Assembly (NCBI GenBank): GCA_904063045.1
Contig: CAJFCJ010000005.1
Coordinates: 3,342,165-3,406,164, forward strand
Length of the DNA stretch: 64,000 nucleotides
Reading direction: 5' to 3'
Source of the DNA: Dimorphilus gyrociliatus
Taxonomy: Eukaryota; Animalia; Annelida
The notes under the pieces were generated by a model. It was given only the letters and a program-made list of their open reading frames with translations. It made no database searches and was not told the origin of the DNA. Positions 43,052-56,700 of the stretch are shown here, piece after piece (position 1 is the first letter of the stretch; the number at the start of each line of letters is the position of its first letter). The position numbers were made by a program, and so were the translations under genes.

Positions 43052-44265
43052 TGACTCATAAGCGATAAGTGATAGATGACTCACCCATTCTTAGGCTTAT
43101 ATACACATACTATTAATGACTTCAAAAGATTCAAAAATAACGTTCTAGATGGAAAAATGTTAAGATTCTACTGATAAACGTAGAATAATAATTATTTTCG
43201 TATAAAGGGTCAACGGACAATATATAGCATGTATGTATATACATACTAAAATATATATACAATTCACCTCAATTACATTGCACCAGATGCAAAAAGAGGA
43301 GAGAACGTCTCGATTTTGTTCTCACCTGGAATAACTGGAATTTGCGCATAATTATAATCTTTTCGAAAATATAATAAAAGCGAAAGTATGACTCATGCAG
43401 TTAACTTTATATATTGACGTTTTATACAAGATCGAAGATAGTATCGAGATTTTTAAGTTAACAACATTCATTTGCATATTATATTTTTAATATTAACAAT
43501 AAGATATTTATCCCATAAGCATTACTCATTTAATCTTTTTCAGTGTCTTTCCTTGTATCTTGGAGAATATATATATCAATACATCATAATATTTCTTATC
43601 ACTAGATCTTAAACTTATTCTTTTGTTCTATCATCACCATTTCAAGAATAATGTACAAGTAATATACTATTTGCATGTCTTTCTCTGCTGTTAGATTGTT
43701 ACGTTAAGCAATATTTTAGATTTCTGGCTGATTATAAGCTGGAGAAATTTTTACTAACTAATAGAAACTGTAGATTACTAAAGGGAGCATCTCTGTACAA
43801 TTACAGGTAGAAACGTTTTATATTACAGGAACTAATTTTTTTTTATCCTTTTCAAAGATTTCTCTATCATTTAACTCTGGAGAAAGAAAAAGATATTTAT
43901 TTATATATAAATAAATATGTATGTAAAGCTTCCTTATTACTGATTCCATTTCTTTAATGATTAATATATCTTTTTAATCATACAATTCTAAATTAGAAGC
44001 TACTGGATCTATCAATCTAGAAACTTTGTTTATAAGAACAATATGTCTATTCAATTTTTTTAAAATCGCACATTAAATAACTCAATAAAACTGTTAAGTA
44101 CGTTCTTCAAAAAAATTGATAATCAAAGTTTTGATAGAATTTAGGATTATTAGCCCTACTATATTCAGATAAAGCTATTACTCATTCTGCATAAATGTCG
44201 CTGCTTAAGAATATTAAAAATAAATGTAGGGTACCAGGTAAACCCTGGCGAAAAGTTATGAGTCA
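43052..44265. promoter_or_regulatory. Cluster of four AP-1 sites (TGA[C/G]TCA) upstream of the 4xTM2 gene
   Basis: Exact sites at 43052-43058, 43077-43083, 43389-43395 and 44259-44265, each preceded by A. Confidence 0.5.
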
Positions 44266-44302
44266 TAGTATAACAATGCCTGATGAGTAATTTTATATAT
44301 AC

Positions 44303-44336
<34 letters not shown>

Positions 44337-46206
44337 TTTATATATATATATAACGAAGGTTAAGATTGCCGTTTTTTTGGAAATTTAAGCAAAAGAGTCT
44401 AATATTGTCTTTCAAATGAGATATGGAAAATATCTCCTCCTCTTTCTATTCTTTTCGTAAACATGATTAAAGGAAAAAAGGAGAAAAGTAATTATAACAA
44501 TTCTTAATATGCCATTTTTAAAAGGAAATATTTTGAAAAAAGCGTCTACTAAGAAAACAGCATCGAAAAGACGCTATTCTAGTTTCCTTTTGTTTATTTA
44601 AATGTTTTTTTGATTGAATAGTATGCTTCTTTTGCAAAGTGTTTTTGGAGGTTGTCTTTAAACGATGGTAAATTGAAAGACTTTTACTAGGCTAAAATTA
44701 TTATAAAAATATATTTGTGATAAGATAAGAGACTATGAATCAATGTTGCAGACACGATTTGAAGGATAATATATTTAAAAATCCAAAGTATACTTTGAAC
44801 ACAAAAGGGGAGTGTTTTTCTGAAAATTATACAACATACATAAACATAAGTAAATATTTAGCAAAAGCTTAAGGTATGACTGATTGTCAGAAGTTTATGA
44901 GAATTATTTAGGAAAGCAAAGTATAACTGGAAATTTTAATAGAAACTGTATAATAATAAAATTGAAAGAGTAGAAAGACAGTATTCTAAATGAAAAGGAT
45001 AAAAATTCAATTCGAAAGTAGATAGACTCTTTATTTTCTATTATTATTAATTTTATATAGCTTAAAATTTCATCTTCCGCCCTCTCTTTATCATTTAATA
45101 TGAAACAAATGTTCTCGTAAGACTATCAAAACAATCTTCAACTGTACGGAAGTTAAATGCTTTCTCCTGGAATAGACTACTTATTGATATCGTATAAAGT
45201 GCTAAAGAGTCAAATGGAAAGGAGAAGGAGTGGGAGGAGGAGGCGCAGGCGGTGTTGGTTCTAAATGGAAAAATAATGGAAGACTATGCAAATAATATTA
45301 GAATCAAATTAAAGGAAAACTACAAGCAAATATGACAAGAAAAGTCTTCAAATAATAAATAATAATAATAATAAGAAAAGACAAAAGAGAACTGAACAAG
45401 GAAGAGAAATGAATAGGAAATCAGAAAGTATGAAAATTTAGATTCCTTTTCCTTTTTTTATTTTATATAAATTCTCTTGAAAGGAATAAGGAAGAGCGTA
45501 ATAAGAAATAGAAGAAACATGTAAAATTAAATTCAAATATCACGTTTCTGCTTGTAGCTTTTCTTTTGTTAAATTTGTCTCTTGTCATATACACTATATA
45601 TATATATATATATACTGTATATATAGAATTGCTTTTGCTGTATATAAAATCTCCTGCTCTATGTATCCTCTCGCTCTCCCCTTCTTTCCTGTAATTTATC
45701 GTCTTTATCCCTCTCCTCTATATATTATTCTCTCCCGATTCTTTATCTATAGCTCAATGTTTTTTATCTGAAAAATTTCTATTGAAAAAGCGATAGGCTA
45801 ATGAATAGTGCAAAGCTTGCAAAAATGATTTGAGATTAGCATAAGTCTTAAATATATCAATATAGATGGATAAACTAATTTTTAACACATTTCTCTCAAT
45901 CTATCTATAAATCCATTGGTACTGTAATAGTGGAAAAAACTTGCCAGCCATAATTCACAGCTAATGTCTGTTATTGTGATTATTTTAAGTATGCAAAAAG
46001 TAGAAGAAAAGAAATTTTTTAATATGAATGAAGTAAAAATAGTAGTCTGTTTTACTAAATTTCAGTATTGATTATTAATTTATGCAAATATTAATGTGGT
46101 TTTGCACAATCCTATCTGTTGTATCCAGTTGGTTTTCAGGGAACCATTCTCTTAAATATCATATTTCTTTTTCAAAACGAATTCTGGATTAGTCAGTACA
46201 ACACAT

Positions 46207-46221
46207 TCTCTCACTCTCTCT

Positions 46222-46262
<41 letters not shown>

Positions 46263-46272
46263 TCTCTCTCTC
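46207..46272. repeat. (CT)n microsatellite
   Basis: TC dinucleotide run with few interruptions. Confidence 0.9.
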
Positions 46273-46506
46273 GCTAAGATAAATTTATAAATATTTATAT
46301 ATACAAAATATACATCTAGTATATATACTCTATCTTCCTATACATCTCCTGAACGTCTGTGTCACCTTTTGTCTCGTACATTCATTTACTCTCTCTCTCT
46401 CTCTCTCTCTCCTCTCTACCTCTCTGTCTTTATTTATCTATCTCTCTTTCTGTCACTACGCCTCACTCGTGAACGACCTGAGGATATAGAGTTTTTTCGG
46501 CAAGAT

Positions 46507-46884
46507 ATGAAGCGTGGTTTAATTATTCTTCTCTGTTTTCAATTATTATTTTTCTCATTAGCTGATAGTTACAGGATTTTCTCTGAAGAGCAAAAGATAA
46601 GGTAATATTTTATCTATTTTACAGAAAATTATGTCTTTGCTTTTTCTTTTCAATTCTCTTTTAAAGAAGAAACTTTTCTTTTTTTTCTGATTAAAAAAGA
46701 AAAATTAAATTAAAGTTTCAGACAGAAGAGGAAACTAGAAGAGGAAGCTTTAATGGCTATCAAATTCTTATGTAGTTTGAGAAAATGTAATGAACTTGTA
46801 AGAAATTTGGCAATGGATCCACTTTTACCAAAAAATCCAGGAGATATTTGTCAAACGCAATTATGTTCAAAATATGGAAGTTAA
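46507..46884 (+). CDS. Orphan secreted peptide precursor, 2 exons (46507-46601, 46722-46884), 85 aa, 4 Cys
   Basis: Spliced product MKRGLIILLCFQLLFFSLADSYRIFSEEQKIRQKRKLEEEALMAIKFLCSLRKCNELVRNLAMDPLLPKNPGDICQTQLCSKYGS; signal peptide, KRK site, two CxxxxC motifs; AG|gtaata donor and tttcag| acceptor are phase-compatible. Confidence 0.65.
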
Positions 46885-47937
46885 AAAGTAACATATTAGT
46901 TTGAAATAAGTGTTTTAATAGTATTATCTTTCTCTTGCTTTGTTGAAATATCAACTTTGAAGAATAAATAAATGAATAAAATTTAGCAGAAGCATACAGA
47001 AAAAAAAAAGAAATAATATTTTTTTTAAAAAGAAAGAGTTTAACTAATGTAATGTTAGAAATGATTGGGAATTTGGTTGCTTTATTTCCTTATTATTATT
47101 ATTATTATTATTATTATACAAGGAAGTTAATAAAACTAATTAATCTATTATATATGTATATACAGTATATATCGATAGATTTATTAATAAATGTTTATTA
47201 ATATAAAATTAAGGAGAAAAGGAACGTAGATGAATTCCTCTCCCAGTAATAGTTTTCTCTTTATAATCGCTGTAATATCTATATTTTTCAATATGTACTT
47301 AACGTATTGTATAAATATGTACATGTTTATATTAAGTACATTATATTACGTCCTCGTTTAAGCAATTTAAGATTTATCCGATGGCCATTTATTTATTATT
47401 AGAACAGCTTTTTCCAACTTTTCCTCTTTTGTTAAGTTAATTTATAAAGTAAATTCCTTATTCAATAAATCTCTCTTTATATTATCTTTTTTTCCTCTTT
47501 CTCTCGTCTCTGTAAAAGAAAATATCAATTAAATTGTCAATTACATTATCATAGTTTTCAGCAGTAATTTTTTCTCTTTTATTCTTTTTTAATTAACATT
47601 AAGTTCTTCATTATTCTTAGATAAAGTAATAAATTCTTTCTAATTTCTTCCCTTTGCTTATTCCATCAAGTTTATACTCGTAAATGACGTGAATAAATGA
47701 AGAAAAGTTTGCCTAATTTGATTGTTCTTTTGCCATAAAACACTTGGGATATTAAACACTTATAAGTAAGCATGAGAAGTAACTTTTCGTGACGATAATA
47801 AACCCTTATAAAAGAAAGATAAATATCATCATTAGTTGAAAATGCCTAAAATTCTTTCTTTTCTTATAAGAAGAGATTTCCTTATCTAAAAAGCATAAGT
47901 TCCATAAATCTAAAACAATATAGATAGAAATAATAAT

Positions 47938-47943
47938 AAAAAA
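47938..47943 (-). terminator. RNA polymerase III oligo-T terminator of the tRNA-Val gene
   Basis: T6 run 8 nt downstream of the discriminator base on the minus strand. Confidence 0.7.
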
Positions 47944-47950
47944 CAATTCT

Positions 47951-48023
47951 TGGTTCCACTGAGGATCGAACTCAGGACCTCTCGCGTGTTAAGCGAGCGT
48001 GATAACCACTACACTATGGGACC
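47951..48023 (-). tRNA. tRNA-Val (anticodon AAC)
   Basis: Reverse complement GGTCCCATAGTGTAGTGGTTATCACGCTCGCTTAACACGCGAGAGGTCCTGAGTTCGATCCTCAGTGGAACCA, 73 nt. Cloverleaf with anticodon stem CTCGC/GCGAG, loop TTAACAC, and A and B boxes. Confidence 0.95.
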
Positions 48024-48464
48024 AGCTGATAGAAGTTATCGATAGAATGATTCATAGAGAAGGAAACAAAAGATGGGAGGAGGAGTTTTGGAAAGGGAAG
48101 AAAAATTGGCGCGAAAATGAAATGATTTCGATAAAAAGTATTTGTATTTTTCTCTTTTGATTTATTAACGAAAAAGGAAGGAGACTTATCGATGTTAATA
48201 AAAAAGAATACAAAACAAACAATAATCTAAAATAAATAGAAAAACAAATAAAACAAATAAGTCAATTTTAATATCAGTTTTGTTAGAAGAGAACGCCAAG
48301 GATAATGGTGATGATGATATAATTGAAGAAAAGGGAAAAAGAACGAAAAGATCGTCCTTTTTTATCCATTTCCTTCAAACTTTATATTTCTAATATTATT
48401 TGAATTAGGTATAGATATCTATTGAAGAATTAATCGAAGTAGATTTCTTCCTTTAAACAGGTGT

Positions 48465-51295
48465 CTATTGTTCGCTATGCTTTTCCAATCTTTGTTGACA
48501 TTTTGCTTTTGCAATATGAATGCACTGGAAAACAGCAATACACATAGAAATTATATTTATTTTCAATATTTTTGCTACAGTTTTAACTTTTTTAAGTACC
48601 TGCAACCATTTTTCTGCATGAGATGGATCTTCCGCCTTTAGTAGAAATGAATCGTGAGAGGTAAATATCTCAAAGGCCTTAGGAATATTTCTAGTGCCGC
48701 GGCGTCTAGCTGATTGAACGCTCTGAATTTGGCTTACGGGAACAGTTTCTTTCGACTGTTTATGAATTAATTATATAAGAAAAGATCAATATCATAGATT
48801 AAAATGAGATATTGATATACCGAGTTCCTCTTCGAAGAGAATATAATACTTCCTCCCGATAAAGTGAAATATCTTGTTTTCCACCTCTTTAGTACCTTCC
48901 ACTTGCCCCGTTTCTCTTTTAAGTTCCCTAAAGTAGATAATATAAAGGGATACGTAATTACTTTTAATGGTTTATTGGATATTTAATAAAAAATACCTTC
49001 CATTGCCGGATCGCCGTCTCTGAGTAATTTTTCAAATTTATTCGGTACAGTACACATAAAACAACCCCAATGTCTTCTGGCCGCATCGAATTCAAACATG
49101 TCTAAAACTCTACAGTCTCTTAACTCTTCTACCAACCAATCTTGATCTCTTCTATTCGGAAAAGACGACGTAGCCACCCGAACAAAACTTGTTCCACTGT
49201 CTAATACATCCCAGCATTTTTTCAACGAGGCAACAGCATCATCGTGCTGAGCAAGGGCATGTTCCGAACTTGCCTAGTAATTTACGGATTATTTATAGAA
49301 TAATGATAGACTTTCTTATTTTAAAATACCTGAACAGCTAATAGCATTATATGAATCCATAATTTTGGATGTCTCGTTGAAAAAGTAAGAAAAGAGTCTC
49401 TGTATAGACAATCATCCGTTTTTGCCGAACAGGAAATATGTAATCTAACCACTCTTTTCCCTCCTAACTTCTCTTCGACATTGGCCTTACATGGAATAGG
49501 CATTCTCGCTAAAATATGCTCTATAAATTGCCTAATTTTATCTTTATGCTTTTCGCAAAAATGCTGAACGGCGTCTCGATAGGGTATAGCATTCTCTAAC
49601 GATGGTGGAACGTAGTCCCTTCGGACTTGAATTGTTGAATAGCTTGGTTCAGGTTGATGCATCTTAGATACGGTTACTAGTGTACTAGTTCCTGGTGATG
49701 TCATTTGAACTTTAGAGACGCTAATTGATGCTTTTTCGTATTCCTCCTCCAAGTTAGGAGTAGACGTTGCTACATTTTTGGCTTGGGATATACCGCTTGA
49801 AGAAGCTGTCAACGGTGGTTTACAATCGCAATTAGAGCTATCATCGACACTTATAACGGTAACTGCATCAGTTTGAATGCAGGCCGATCGTCTTCTAGAA
49901 CATATTTCTTTTAACTGATCTAATGCTGTATGTGATATGGCATTATGCAAGCAAGTGGAGTTTACAGTATCTAAGTGATCGTGTACAACAGTTGGATATT
50001 TTTCAGCAATTTCTTTGAGATTCCTTACAAGAACAAGAGTCTGAGTAGACCTAAAAAATTAAGTAAGGAAAAAAGAGACACATATTATTAGGCGCCATAT
50101 GATAAAAGACAAAAATTTTCGTTCCCACCTACAACTTTCAAGAGCGTCAACTAAGCATTTTGTACAAACTTCCGCTGCATCTCTCCCACTAGATAGAGCC
50201 ACTACAGTTAATAGTTCAGCGACTTGTAGAATTTGAGCTTCATCGTCAGTGTCAACAGTCTGATAGATGGCTCTGATATAAGGCACTAAATATCTTGCGT
50301 CTCTCTCAGCGACAGTTTTTAAAACAGGTCCAATTTCAGCAATTGATATTATATTAAGATTTGAGCATAACGTTTCGACTAACTCTGATATCCTTGAAGT
50401 ACCTTGAACAGATAGAGAAGCCAAAGATAACAAATCTGAACGCTGCTGGGGGTCAAGAACTGAGATTAGGTTAAGAATATCAGCTAAATAATCGTCAAAA
50501 GGTTCACTATTTTTCACATAGATTTGAGGTAACAAACGAATAAGAAGTTTATTGCCTGTAGTAAATAAAAAAAGAATAAAATATGATTATATTCAAAAGA
50601 AGTAATTATCAATGTAGACTAAAATCATACCGTTGAGTATACTTTTAATGATTAATGGTGCAGATTCAACAATTATACCATTGTAATCAATAGCTGCCAA
50701 TGCTAAATAACTGCTTAAATTTCTAATTATTTCATTATTTTTCTTATCTAGGAATTTAATGGAAATTGGTACAGCTTTCTTCATGATAGTTTCATTTAAG
50801 TTATTCTATAAAAATTAACATAAAAATTAGCGATTTATATATACTGTATGTAATTTATAGCTTTAACTATACCATGAATATGCATGAGAGTATATCGGAT
50901 GCTATTTTTGAATGAGGGGGATCATTATTTCCAGTTGTCTGCAAGTTAAACTTTAAACAAGTTTCTAACAATTCAATTAAAGATTCATAATTTCTATCCA
51001 AACTTTTCGTTTCTCTAAAATACAGCAAAAAAACAATAATGTACCAACAATCTATACAGTTCATTTATCAATTAATTTATGGATACCTTATTGCTGATGT
51101 TATTCTTGTTAGAACAATTTCTACAACGCTCTGCTCGCTGTGTTGGTATAAATATTGTTCGCGATTTACAATGTTTGTTAGGCATTGGATAATCGATGAC
51201 AAATCTTGTTCTATTTCTTCATTTTTAACATTAAAAACTTCTCCCGCTAATGACAAATCTTTCTTAAAGAGAACTTGTTCGAAAAGAGGATGCAT
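48465..51295 (-). CDS. VEPH1: VEPH1 / melted, PH-domain protein
   Basis: N-terminus [49 protein letters not shown]; C-terminal PH domain [23 protein letters not shown]...IPKAFEIF. Confidence 0.93.
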
Positions 51296-52949
51296 TTTGG
51301 GCGATACTACAGGTGATCAAAGACGTATTAAAAAAGTAATAATGGTTGGATCTGTTTTAATAATCATGAATTCCATATATTCCGCATATCTTTTATAATC
51401 CTCGAGTTATTTTCAGCTTAACAAGAGCAAATCCAACGTCAAAAAGCAAAAAACGATTGAACTAAAGAAATTGTAAACAAAAGTCACCTGTATGTTTTTC
51501 ATGCAAACATACCAGTTTTCTGTAGATATATCTTTTTTCTATTGTATTAATTTCCGTGCAAAATTCAAAAAACTAATAACATAACAAATGTAAATGTCTC
51601 CATTAAAGGTCAAAAAAGATTACATCCAGAGAATATTTTCATTTTATATAAAAATAAGGCAGTTAGAAATAAACAAAAAAAAGAACTGAAAGAAATTCAT
51701 CCAACTCTTTTATATTTATCAATTGAACGTTTTTATTATTAATAAAAACACTTATTTCTATTTCCAATCAATTTGAAGATTTTTTCATTATATTAACTCA
51801 TCAGCAAATATAAAAAGGCTTAAACTTCCTCCGATTGATTGTCAGCCGTGTCACATAGAATTTTATATCAGCTACAGGACAATTTACCACAAAACTTGTT
51901 TTTTGAATTGATCTAAAGAAAAGAAAACAACTTTTTTTTGACGCTTAATTGAGAGATTACATGTGGGCTTAATATATAATATTTGTATATAAATACAATA
52001 GTACATAAGAGAATGTTCGTAATTTAAATAGACTACCTTCCCACACGCTTTTCCTCCTTTATAATTTCAATTAAGTTTGAACGCTATTCATAAAAATAAT
52101 TTGATAATTAATTCAATTAACGTTAGATGGCGTTTAAGAGATTAAGATGAAATGAAATAAAAGTATATTAATTAATTAATAGAGTAAATAATAAGGCAGA
52201 TAACTGTAAAGTATAACAAACGAAGAACATTTGAAATAACGACATAATAAGGAAAAAAAACAATTAAGAACATACAATTAATATATAGTACATATAGGTT
52301 TTTACATTTATATAAAAGATTTCCATATAGAATATTTGGGTTGAAAGTTCGTTTTATATACATTGAAAAAGAAAAGAAAGAGAAAAAGAAGACTAGCGCA
52401 TTATCCTTACTATTACGAAAGATTATTCATATAATTTATAGTTTTCTGCAAGAAGATGCTTGACTATTTAAAATAATAGGCCTAGCACTTCAAAGACAAG
52501 GGATTTCGAAAGTTGTTTGCGGTTTGCATTTTTCATCTACTATATTCCTCTATGACATTTGTTTTTCGTCAAAAATTATCGATTAATCATTCGTTTTGGC
52601 GAAATACAGAACAGGTTTAATATATATATATATGTATATATATATATTATAACTAAATGCTAAGTCATGTATGATAAATATATATGAACGTATAGTGAAT
52701 ATACGTTATTTAAGTATTATCGTTCAATTTGCAAATCGTTATAGTACATAATAAACACTTGTTTTTTATTTAAAAAAAAGGCAATCAAACGCCTTGAAAA
52801 AAGGAAAAAATAGATTTGCAGTTGACTGAAAAAATATTGTTCAGAATCCGTAATTTTGTGTTATCTCTATATTTTTCTTTTGAATATAAAACAACAAGGT
52901 TTAACATTAAAGCTTTTTTATCTGTTTAAACTCTCTTTCTATCTTTACT

Positions 52950-52953
<4 letters not shown>

Positions 52954-52988
<35 letters not shown>
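52954..52988. repeat. (CT)n microsatellite
   Basis: Perfect CT run. Confidence 0.9.
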
Positions 52989-52992
<4 letters not shown>

Positions 52993-53796
52993 AACTCATA
53001 TTGCCCCTTCCCCTTTTCTTTATTTAACATGATCCTATTCCTGCACAACGTATTCATTTTCCAAGAAAATTTAACTTCAATCAATTCTTTTCACCCTCTT
53101 TGCTTCTTTACTCTCCTGAGATATGAAATATTAGAATAGAACTTAAACTGGGGTTATGTAATCTCAACAACGTTTTCTTTCCGGCTAACATGTTATGAGT
53201 AACTTATTGAGTAATTGTAAAGAGGGTTGAAGAGGAAAAGACGGAAGTTGAGGAGAAAGGAGGAGAGAAAATTGGAAGGGAGTCGAGAAAAAAGTGGATG
53301 AGTAAAGAAGAGACTAAGGGAGGTAGTGAGAGAGAGAGAGATTAGATGGGAAGAGTAGAATACTATAAAGCCATTAAATGCCCACTTCCGGGACATGATC
53401 TACTGACGCAACGGATCGTTATAAAATACGTTGGAAATGAGAAAATTATCATACAGTAATCCTTGTAAAACGATATCAGTCTCCGTTACGGATTATTAAA
53501 ACATAAAAAAAGGATTTTTAGTGTTTAAATGTAATATAAATGCAATATACAGAATATGTACTTATGTATTTGCTTATATTTATTTATAATTCATTTTCGT
53601 TATGAGCCGGGCCACACATTCCGTAAAATAAACCAAAAACTACAAATAATACCTTTCAATTAACAAATTGGCAGGCCTATTCGGACTAATCGAGTTCGTA
53701 CACAATACTCTCCTACTTCAAACGAACATAGTCACGTGACTGTTAGGGTGATGTCGCCAGAGAAGCTTCCTGAGCGTATACGAATATATCAGAACG

Positions 53797-56700
53797 ATGC
53801 AAGACCGGCTTGGCCTCGTAGTATCGGTTTGTTTTGCTGTCACCATAGGCGAGTAGATCTATTTTTCTTTAGCATCTTTATTAGTTGTAAATAACTCATT
53901 AACTCGTATTAATATCATTTTCTTTCAGAATTTCCATTTTCGTACTTTTCCTACAGCTTTTAGCCTAAACAATTCTCTTAAGCTACTTTTTGTCTTTTTC
54001 TTTCCCTCTTTCTCTTTCCCTCTTTCTCTTTCCACACTTTCTTTACCCTTTCTCATTTACTACCTCTTCTGATTTTTCCTGTATACGATATTTTATATAT
54101 TTCAGTTGGATAAAACCTTGTTTTTTTGTCCAATTTATATAATCTATGAATAAGATAGAAGAAAGAACGTACGGAAAAAAGTTGTTCTTCCCAAGATAGT
54201 TGGCCGTCAATTTTCCAATCGTTTTGCCTATGGCAAACTACAGTAGAGAGGAGCCAATCTAACCTTTTAACACTGCAAATTACTCAAATCCTCTTGCAGG
54301 ACGCTTTCGAGTGCTTATCCGAAGGAGTGTTCTATTAGCAGACCGACCGACTCAAATTAATTCGCTCTAATTTCTTCAACCTTCTATCAAAGTCAAACTG
54401 AGTCAAATTTTTATATATCTATATACTTCTCTTTTTTTTCTACAATGGAATAGGCTTATCAATCGCGTCGATACATTGTGTTATTGTTCGTGTAGACTAG
54501 ACAGTACATAGCATATTTTCCCCTTTTCACTTTAACTTTACCTTTCTTTCCTTCTTTCTCTCATACTAGAACCCCCTCCAGTCTTTACTTTACATTAAAC
54601 CTTTATTCATAGACTCATCTGAGTCCATGTATTCTTCATCTTTGAATTAATGCTTTTTATCTTCCCTCTCCACTCTCTTTACATCAGTTTTTGATAAACT
54701 TTTACCCGTTATTGCAACTAGACTTGTACTAATTTAAGCTTGTTTACAATTGATAACAAGCTACGTTATATATATATATAAACATATACAATATGTTAAT
54801 ATATTAATATACTTAAAAATTGATACACTACAGCCAGAGAAATTTGCAGCCATCAAGAATTTAAGGAATCTTGCCCAAACGGTGAAGTAATACTTGTAAA
54901 ACGAGCAATATATGGTCGTATGAAAGGTCTGGGGTTAGTATACCGACTTATTAATAATCAGAATACATATAGGCCTACTCAATTCGCCATTATATCCCAT
55001 TTCCCAGAGGCTTCTGTGTAAAGACGACCGATGAATATAAAAATTGGTCAAAGTACATACTCGCAATATTCCCGGGTCGGTCTATAATAATTATGTATAA
55101 ATAAAGCCGCTTTAGATTAATATATTATTTACAAAGCTAAAATAAAAAAAATCATCTCTCTCCTCCATATTTTCTCTTTTTTATGGCTTCTTTTCTTTTA
55201 CTTAATTTTTTTGTTTTCTGTTTCTCCCCTCCTCTCTCTCTCCCTCTCTCTCTCTCTTTCTCTCTTTTTCTCTTATCTTTATTTGTGTAATTACAGATGT
55301 ATTGATGAGGATAACGACTTCTATCGAGACTGTAATGGATCAGTTTTGCCTTATTTAGATTTAATATGTTCTGGACATAGGAATTGCAGTTTTAAAGCAA
55401 ACGATAGAAAACTGGAAAAAATGACTAATTGTTTAGGGGAACTTAAGCAACATTTAAATATAGACTACGAATGCGTAAGAGGTATTTATTTATCAAATTT
55501 TACTAATTTTGCCTTTTCCATCCATCAGGATAGTTAATTCAAAAAGTAACCACATTGTTTTTTTAATTGGTTGAATAAAAACGGAGAGAAAAGGCAATAA
55601 TTTTCAATACAAAAAGAGAGTTATTGTTCTCATATTATTTATAAATATATACGTTTTTGCTTTGTTTGCATGTACAATTTATATTTATATATGAACAGCA
55701 TTGCAGCCGACCAACTGCAAAAACTGTCAAAGTCAAGCGTACGGTCTGCAACCGCCTTTACGAAGTTTTATATTTAGCACTTTATTTAAAGAATGCAATG
55801 GCGATTGCTTTTGGTCTATTTGGGCACCAAAAGATTATCGTATAGAGATTCAATTAATAATATTTGATGATTTGAGAATTTCCTCTGGTTTTCCTTGGAT
55901 TACTGTTAAGGAAGCGAACGTGGACAATTTCTCTATATATCCGTCGTTCAAAGCTAGGGAGAAGAGAGTCTACACGTCCTATACGAATGGTCTGAAGATC
56001 CTCCTGAGGGCTCCGGTGAAGGGTCGATTCGCCATCGAATGTCGAGGTATAGAAAAACGCTTTTAGACGCTAGATATTGCAAATGTCAACAACGCCCGGC
56101 AGCTATCAAGCAGTGCCCGCCGCCAGTTCTACGGAGAGACGCCTTTATAAAGCCGTCTAATTCCCGTCTTAAAGTTAACGTCTATTGCAAAAGTCGCCCG
56201 AAGCTATCGTATACGTTGTCGTGCAAGGACAACAAATGGAGAGGTGTTCCTATTGAATGTTCCGGCTCAGGTGCAGGTGTGTTTATTCTTCTAGTTAACC
56301 ATCTTTATAGCGCACGCGAGTCAAATAACTGCACGCCCTATTAGCAACAATAGGCAAGTAGATCAAATTTTTTTAATCAAATCAAGTGCATCTATTTGAA
56401 TTGCGCATATTAAGCCATATTCATTTATTTTTCCTATTAATTTATCTAATTTTGTCATTCTTTCAACAGAAAACAAGGAAACTGGTACCGGAAAGGCGTG
56501 GTTAGAAAACGGTATAAAAGAATTTTGCCTAATCAAAGTCTTATCATTAAAACTCGCTTTACCCAACTTTTTCCTTCTACAATATAGCCGCTCTACCGGT
56601 CGCTATTGGTGCTGGTATTTTTATAGCCTTTGTACTACCAGCAATTTTACTCTTCTACTTTAAAAGGTAGGACACTTAATTCCAGAAGAACGCCATCTAA

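Noticed and set aside
44700-45350. Short broken plus-strand frames (e.g. KCSRKTIKTIFNCTEVKCF; AKESNGKEKEWEEEAQAVLVLNG) faintly resembling a decayed non-LTR element
   Set aside because: No RT or endonuclease motif, target-site duplication or terminal repeat is recognisable.
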